A stretch of 64,000 nucleotides of DNA, from the NCBI GenBank assembly GCA_946965045.2, contig OX337239.1, positions 1,488,001 through 1,552,000 of the forward strand, written 5' to 3'. Below, piece by piece: positions 57,980 to 64,000 of this stretch. The notes beneath the pieces are model-generated. The model saw nothing but the letters and a program-made list of their open reading frames with translations, was not told the origin of the DNA and made no database searches. The stretch is from Epithemia pelagica. Its lineage: Eukaryota > Protista > Bacillariophyta. A program made the position numbers and the translations under genes. Position 1 is the stretch's first letter. Each line of letters begins with the position of its first letter.

Positions 57980-60661
57980 TCATGCGCTGGAAGCCCCTTG
58001 ATTGAGTGACGGGTCAATCTCAAGACTACTATGTACATCATTCTCTTCACAGAACAGACTTTGAGTTGCAGGCCGCCGTTCTCCGTCGTTTTCATCCATG
58101 TCTTGTTCACTTGCCATGGACACGCTTTCTGCCGATGTGCTCACAGTGCCGTCATCGTTTTGATCGTCGTTTGTTTCAGCTTCGTTGTCAGGGCCTCTGT
58201 CAGTACCGTGGCCATTTTGCTGTCTCGACCGGTTGCTGTTGTTTCCCGAAGATGATTGGCTGCTGTTACTGCCGAGAGCGTAATCACATAACTCCGTCAT
58301 CGGCACATTGTTGGTCAGGGCCAAGGAGTGCAATTTGCGAAACGATTCGCGAATGTCTTCTGAAATTTCTACTCCATAGTCTTCCTTCCATACACGAGCC
58401 TGATCCTCCAATGGATCTTTATTGGGAACGGCAGAGCCAACTTCCAAACTGTACCAGGACACTTGTCCCATTGGATTTCGCACGGGTAACCGGTATTTCT
58501 TCACGGTGGGAACCTCCTGGTCACAAACCTTCCGCAACTGAGAAAGTTTCTCTTCCCCCCATTCATGTTCATTGATAGCAGCGGTGTTGTCATCTCCAAT
58601 CCATTCACTGTAGTCCTTTCCGTGCTTCTTGCTGGAGTGTCTCAGAAACTCTTGACAATTTTGAACTTCCAGCTTGATTTCCCCAGTTGCGCGATAGCAC
58701 TTTGCAAGAAGTAGGTGTGCATCTCCATAAATTGTCCCTACAGCAACGTGCCAAGGAAACTCTTTGTGAAGTGGCACTATCACATCCTCCAGTAAGTCTT
58801 GTTGCAAAATACCAACGGCCTTGGACGGATTGTAGGCTTTCATCAAGTATAACTCCGACAATTCCAACAGAAGAGAAGCAGATAATACTTTATTCTTTCT
58901 GAGCTTTACTCCTCCTCGTTCTTTGGTTAAAACGCGAGCTTGGTCCAAAAACCAGATCGCTTTTGATATGCCACTATTGGTCACAGCGTTGTCGCTGTTG
59001 ACATTGGCACACATTGTCGCGCAACTGCTGGCAGCTTGCATACTCCGTAAAATCAGCTCCAGATAAAACTCATCTTCGCGTTGGGCACGTTTCTGCTTCA
59101 AAACATACGATGTATATAAAGCCAAGGCGTCTTCGTAAAAAGGCAACGCTTCTTCGTGCTTGTTTTGAATGTACAAATGTCGACCGCGCTCAAGTAAAGA
59201 TCGAGCATACTCGACTCTGTCTTCGAACGAGGGCTCACCAATTGAAGCAATATCGGATGCTTTGTCCGAGGAATAACAGGCGAGACATTTGGAGGCCGCT
59301 TCCAAGGCTCTGGACGACGATTCCAACGCTTCGAAGCCTTCTCCATTCCGTTCTTGCAAGTCTGCAACGTCAATGAGAGTGGTACACAAACTTCTCCAAT
59401 ATTTGGGAACATTTGGGAGTAAGTCAGTCAACTGGGACAATGCCGATACTGCGTCTTTGCGTGCCTCAAGCACAAACAGTTCCTCGCCGCCATCCTGCGG
59501 TCCGCCACCTGGATCCATGAGTTCCATATGTTCAGCCAAAGCACATTGACAATGGTAAAGCTCAAACAAATAAATCAGGGCACAGGGACGTTGACGACAA
59601 AGTGAACGAACAACGTCCAGGGCTCCACGTATTGCCTCCATGGATTCCTCATGTCTGCCCACATCTCGAAATGCATAACTGGCCAAACGCAACACAACTG
59701 ATAAACGACGAGTATTCACTTCACCATCTTCTCGAGGACTAGGATCACCTCGTGACATCTGAGATGGTTCGTGTTCTTGGGATGAGATTTGTGATGTATG
59801 TTTCTCATACAAATGCCCCAACCAATCAATGGCCTGTATACTATCTTCGACGGCTTTCTCAGAATCGACGTCACCAGTGGTAATTTGATAACTCCAAAAC
59901 AGCGCCAACAAGGACTTGGCTCGTTCATTGTTTGGATCTCTCTCGAGGACATTTTCGAGCAACTTTGTACCTCGCGAATCCCAAACCTTGTGTTGGTCAT
60001 CGCCCAATCGATAGTCCACAATTGACAAACAGCGATACACATCGGCTTTTAGCACATCCAATTCATCCTTTTCATTCCACTTTTGACCTGTTTCATTTGT
60101 TTGCAAGGGTTCTTGTTCTGTTCTCATAAGCAACATTTGTTCCATCTCTTCATGATGTTTCAAGGCTTGTTCGCAAGAAGCCATGACAGGCGAATATTGA
60201 AACAATATCAGGTTAAGTTCTGCTTGATGTATACAAACACGAATCATTCGATGAAGAGCTTGCCATCTGGTCGTGTAGTCTTCTTTCGCACTTTTTAGCG
60301 CTAGCGTATTCACAAGCTTTTGTAGGATCTTTTGACTCGTATTCAAGGCATCCATTGCCTCCGTGAGTTGGGCACCATGAATGCCTAACTCGATGCCCTT
60401 CTCATGGAACGTACAAGCTCGTTCCAACAGGACCAAAGGAGAATCCTCATTTGCTTTTAGGAGCATTGGTTTTAACCCTTGATTTCCATTGTTCTTGTGA
60501 CATGGAATACCACCAACAGGGTCCTTGTCCCTACTGTGGATCAGAACCGGTTTCGAAGCATGGACGATATTTGACTCCACTGATATGTAGGAGTTTGAAC
60601 GAGATACAGTTTCATCCAATTTTGATAACTCAGAAGTCGCAGTATATTCTTCTATTTTCAT
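57980..60661 (-). CDS. TPR-like alpha-helical repeat protein (~890 aa; 5' end uncertain)
   Basis: Long ORF with TPR-like helices (EALPFYEDALALY, GRHEESMEAIRGALDV, LENVLERDPNNERAKSLLA) and an acidic tail. An upstream frame (60630-60914) with a GTAAGA donor may be an extra exon. Confidence 0.75.
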   Translation of the reverse strand: MKIEEYTATSELSKLDETVSRSNSYISVESNIVHASKPVLIHSRDKDPVGGIPCHKNNGNQGLKPMLLKANEDSPLVLLERACTFHEKGIELGIHGAQLTEAMDALNTSQKILQKLVNTLALKSAKEDYTTRWQALHRMIRVCIHQAELNLILFQYSPVMASCEQALKHHEEMEQMLLMRTEQEPLQTNETGQKWNEKDELDVLKADVYRCLSIVDYRLGDDQHKVWDSRGTKLLENVLERDPNNERAKSLLALFWSYQITTGDVDSEKAVEDSIQAIDWLGHLYEKHTSQISSQEHEPSQMSRGDPSPREDGEVNTRRLSVVLRLASYAFRDVGRHEESMEAIRGALDVVRSLCRQRPCALIYLFELYHCQCALAEHMELMDPGGGPQDGGEELFVLEARKDAVSALSQLTDLLPNVPKYWRSLCTTLIDVADLQERNGEGFEALESSSRALEAASKCLACYSSDKASDIASIGEPSFEDRVEYARSLLERGRHLYIQNKHEEALPFYEDALALYTSYVLKQKRAQREDEFYLELILRSMQAASSCATMCANVNSDNAVTNSGISKAIWFLDQARVLTKERGGVKLRKNKVLSASLLLELSELYLMKAYNPSKAVGILQQDLLEDVIVPLHKEFPWHVAVGTIYGDAHLLLAKCYRATGEIKLEVQNCQEFLRHSSKKHGKDYSEWIGDDNTAAINEHEWGEEKLSQLRKVCDQEVPTVKKYRLPVRNPMGQVSWYSLEVGSAVPNKDPLEDQARVWKEDYGVEISEDIRESFRKLHSLALTNNVPMTELCDYALGSNSSQSSSGNNSNRSRQQNGHGTDRGPDNEAETNDDQNDDGTVSTSAESVSMASEQDMDENDGERRPATQSLFCEENDVHSSLEIDPSLNQGASSA

Positions 60662-61135
60662 TCTGTTTGAGCAATCTTCCACTGGCTCTTACGTGTGTTT
60701 GGATTGTGCCGCCGCCGTATGGGGGGCGAAACGCGATCTTGACACGAGGTGTCTGCTTGTCAATTTTCTTCAACTCTTGTGGAGACAACGATGGAACCCA
60801 CTCTCGACTTGCCGTTCGAACCTTTAATTCAAGTGGCAATCCAAAGACAGGATTATTTCCTCTCGTCGAAACGTCGTGGGTAGTGGTGTTCAGCTTCAGC
60901 AGCCCATCGATCAACAGAACCGATGTAATGAGATCGCGACTGTGGATCTATGTGGGGTAGGAGGAGTCGTGGTATTGTAGGTCGTGCTTCTTTCCATATC
61001 CGCGACCAATAAGGACCCCGTGATTTGTACGACCAAAACGCGAATGAAAAGAAATGACGTGTCATTCGGATTTCGGATCCAAAAAACGGTCAGAACACTA
61101 AGTCAGGGACGGCAATAACTGTACATGCTTTGACC

Positions 61136-61840
61136 ATGGTAATGACATTGATCCATACCGCCTTTCTTCTGGTAGGTGCTACGCTTATTCCCTTGGGCCA
61201 TGGGTTTTCGATGCATCGAGCCACCGCTTATCAGACGCACAAATCACTGCTGTATGTGGCAAGCCAAGATGCAATGTGTGACGCAACACAAGAACAACAA
61301 GATTTGGATCGAAACGTTGCGGTCCAAAACCTATTGACGTTGGCTCGGGAACTTGGTCCTGTGGGCGCCGATCGAACGGAAGAGGAACAAATACAGATTT
61401 TGAAGGATGCAAGAGCTTTGGCCGAACGGTTCCCCACACCGTCCCCCGCACGATTTCCTTTGACGGGGATTCACAAGACCGTGTACTCGGCTGCACCCGG
61501 TGGATCTTCTGGCAAACTAATTGGACCTATCAATGGTAAAGTTCAGCAAGAATTTGTGGACGATGTGACCTTTGTCAATAGCGTCGAGCTGGGTCCACTC
61601 AGGATTGCCTTGCGGGCGGAACGCACGGTTATGAACGACACCAAAATCAAGGTCATTTTTCGGGAAACCTCCGTGTCCTTATTTGGCAATGTTGTGACAA
61701 CCAAACCAATCGAGAACCAAGGAGGTGTCTGGAGTTGCCTTTTCGTTGGGGAAATCACAGATTCATTATCGGGTCAGAGAAAACTTGTGCGTGTCCTTGA
61801 AACACCGAGTTTGTTTGTCATTGAACAGGATCTCGAGTAG
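61136..61840 (+). CDS. Plastid lipid-associated protein (PAP/fibrillin family)
   Basis: Signal peptide ends GHG|F. An N-terminal helix is followed by a beta-rich region (GKVQQEFVDDVTFVNSVELGPL, IKVIFRETSV, RVLETPSLFVI) typical of fibrillins. Confidence 0.75.
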   Translation: MVMTLIHTAFLLVGATLIPLGHGFSMHRATAYQTHKSLLYVASQDAMCDATQEQQDLDRNVAVQNLLTLARELGPVGADRTEEEQIQILKDARALAERFPTPSPARFPLTGIHKTVYSAAPGGSSGKLIGPINGKVQQEFVDDVTFVNSVELGPLRIALRAERTVMNDTKIKVIFRETSVSLFGNVVTTKPIENQGGVWSCLFVGEITDSLSGQRKLVRVLETPSLFVIEQDLE

Positions 61841-62289
61841 GGTTTTCCTACATTTCGTTCTTGTAGCAATTCTTTAACGGAGACCAGATGTATCACTCCG
61901 CCGGAAGAAAGTGCTCGGTTTCATGTCAAAGATCTTCAGTTGGAGCTGCCTTGAGTGTCGTCCTTTTCACCTCCTTTGAAGTAGTGGTTGGTGAATCAGA
62001 TGAGAAGATGGCTCAATCCAGAAGTAGTCTATGGCCGTAGTTACATTCTATTAACATCCTTCTACTCCCCTCTGTCCTTTGGCAGAGCTTGAAGAGCATC
62101 ACTTTGTTGGCCTCCGTCATATTATGCCGAAAAACAGGGGTCGCTCCTGGGTCGTCATTAGGTTATTTAAGATTCGCTCTCTCGACGGCATTCCCTCAAC
62201 CAAACTTGTCCATGATCGAATAGACCATGAACTGGAGAAGACTGTCGGCGAATGGAGAGGACCCTAAGCGGGCACAAATCCAACAGAAC

Positions 62290-63306
62290 ATGAGGAGAAA
62301 GAGGGTGTCGTTGGTAATTTGTCTCTTACTTCTTTCAATGTGTTCCCTTGTGGTCGGTCTTTCGGCATCTTCAAAGTCACCCACAAACCGTGGCAAACTC
62401 TTGAAAGTTTCTTTTGTCACTGGAAATACCATGAAGGTACGTACAACACAAAAGTTCTTTCGCCAGAATTGAGATATCTGCCTAGTTAGGAAGGTTTATT
62501 GAAGCTTACTGGTTGGGGTTCTTTTGCGTGCTCTACTATAATTGTTTGAAAGGCCAATGAGGTGGAACGAATCTTGGCAGAGAGCTCTGCAACTCAAGGC
62601 GAGGTTCCAGGTGAATCATTCATAGATTTGAGAATAGTTCCCGTTGATCTACCAGAGCTTCAGGAAGTTGACACAATAGCCATTGCCAAAGATAAGGTGC
62701 TATTGGCTGCACAATTAGCCGGTGGACCTTGTCTCGTGGAAGATACATCCTTGCAATTCACAGCGTTAGGAGGAATGCCTGGTCCCTATATCAAGTGGTT
62801 TCAGGACCGCTTAAAGAGTGAGGGCTTGTACAACATTTTGGCAGCTTATGAGGATAAATCTGCCACGGCCGTTTGTACCTTGGCCTTTTGTCCAGCGCCC
62901 CATGCCGATCCGGTCTTGTTTACCGGAGAATGCCGGGGAACCATTGTGGCGCCCGTGGAAGGACGAGGATTTGGTTGGGATTCCATCTTTGTACCCACTA
63001 CAAAGAGTGGCGAGATGCACACGGTTCCCTTTTCGCAAATGACGGTGGAGGAGAAAAATGTCTTTTCCCACAGAGGCAAGGCGGTTCGTAAATGGGCCGA
63101 TTGGATAGGTGAGAATGCATACAGTCGGGCATTAGTTTGTTGTGAGACATGTTGTTTCCCTTGGGCTGTTGCAAAAATCTCACGTGATGGTTGTATTGCT
63201 TATACTAGGCCGCAATCGTGACGCATTGTGGGAACGACAGGAGGGAAAGACTTATCTCCCTGGACACAAGGGATTGGACTTTCGTGTGGATTTTTCAGAA
63301 CAATAA
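62290..63306 (+). CDS. ITPA: Inosine triphosphate pyrophosphatase (Ham1/ITPA) with N-terminal signal-like extension (3 exons)
   Basis: Exons 62290-62436, 62553-63108, 63209-63306 splice in frame. Motifs FVTGNTMK|ANEV, DLPELQ, LVEDTSL, GGMPGPYIKWF, GFGWDSIF, SHRGKA. Confidence 0.9.
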
Positions 63307-63728
63307 TGGCTCTCCGACATTCAATCACTCAACTTTGTTCCTTGGGATGCCAGTGTTTTCCATACGCCACAGTAAGGGATGACTTGATCACCACCACTGC
63401 AACGAGAAATGCATAGAACGGCTTTAGTCCGAAACACCACAGGGTTCGAGACCTGGACTTTTGCCTGGTGCCATGGTCATGGTCCTTTGCAGGATTGAAT
63501 TGGTTATCGTTTGAGCATTTTTGTGGTAACCAGCTTGATACGATCAAACACATCACAACTACGGGAGCTAGTCGAGACTATTAACTTCGAGACTGCTTGT
63601 TGATACGAGAGTGAACTTGGTATACTTTAACCTTGAGTAATTATAGCTTAAGAAACAACATGATCTACCTTTCCACCAACATTAATACACAACCCAAATA
63701 TGCTAGCAAGTAGGATACTCAGCATGAA

Positions 63729-64000
63729 CTACAACAAACTCGGGAGCGTCACATGATTGTGCATGGAACCAATCAGAAAGCCGCTGTAGGCCCCAAAGAT
63801 GTGCCACAAACTGTGAAAGAGCATGTATGGTCGCCCTGTTTCATACACCCAAGACAGCAGCAAGAAGCTGATCGCCAAAGCAACGCCAGCAAACGTCTCA
63901 ATCGATGCCTCTGACAGCATGGTCAACAGGTAGAATGAAGCAAGGCTCAAGGTGGTGATTGCACAAACATAGTCCACCAGTACAGCCAAACGCACTGTAG
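63729..64000 (-). CDS. 3' end of a multi-pass membrane protein, CREST-superfamily-like (runs off window)
   Basis: Three hydrophobic helices and the HSLWH motif near the C-terminus. Confidence 0.6.
   Translation of the reverse strand, partial: TVRLAVLVDYVCAITTLSLASFYLLTMLSEASIETFAGVALAISFLLLSWVYETGRPYMLFHSLWHIFGAYSGFLIGSMHNHVTLPSLL

Noticed and set aside
63436-63456. GGGTTCGAGACC, resembling a tRNA T-loop
   Set aside because: Poor T-stem and no D-arm, anticodon arm or acceptor stem.

Overview
Eukaryotic nuclear DNA from a diatom, probably a pennate. Evidence: short GT-AG introns, bipartite ASAFAP-type plastid presequences, an Lhcf/FCP gene and a Silicanin-1-like gene. About 22 protein-coding genes are supportable; I found no rRNA, tRNA or CRISPR array. 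The main architectural feature is a pair of paralogous type II P-type cation ATPase genes (7471-10722 minus, 23692-26929 plus) in divergent inverted orientation about 13 kb apart. Their coding sequences are a patchwork of near-identical and diverged tracts, while introns and flanks are unrelated, suggesting gene conversion. Both lack two acidic residues of the SERCA Ca2+ sites, and both have TGACGTCA upstream (five TGACGT motifs before the plus copy). Between them lie a DUF1349 gene, a plastid-type SHMT, a small orphan gene and two gene-poor, probably decayed segments, one with a 518-codon frame whose only stops are TGA. Other notable genes: Silicanin-like membrane protein, ~2100-aa ankyrin-pseudokinase, SulP-STAS-cNMP transporter, EF-hand-fused alanine aminotransferase, arylamine N-acetyltransferase, plastid PPR protein, nucleus-encoded plastid bS21, fibrillin, TAF6, and an ITPase with a signal-like extension. 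A probable 5'-truncated non-LTR retrotransposon end sits at the window start. All family assignments come from motif recognition by eye; no database search was run.
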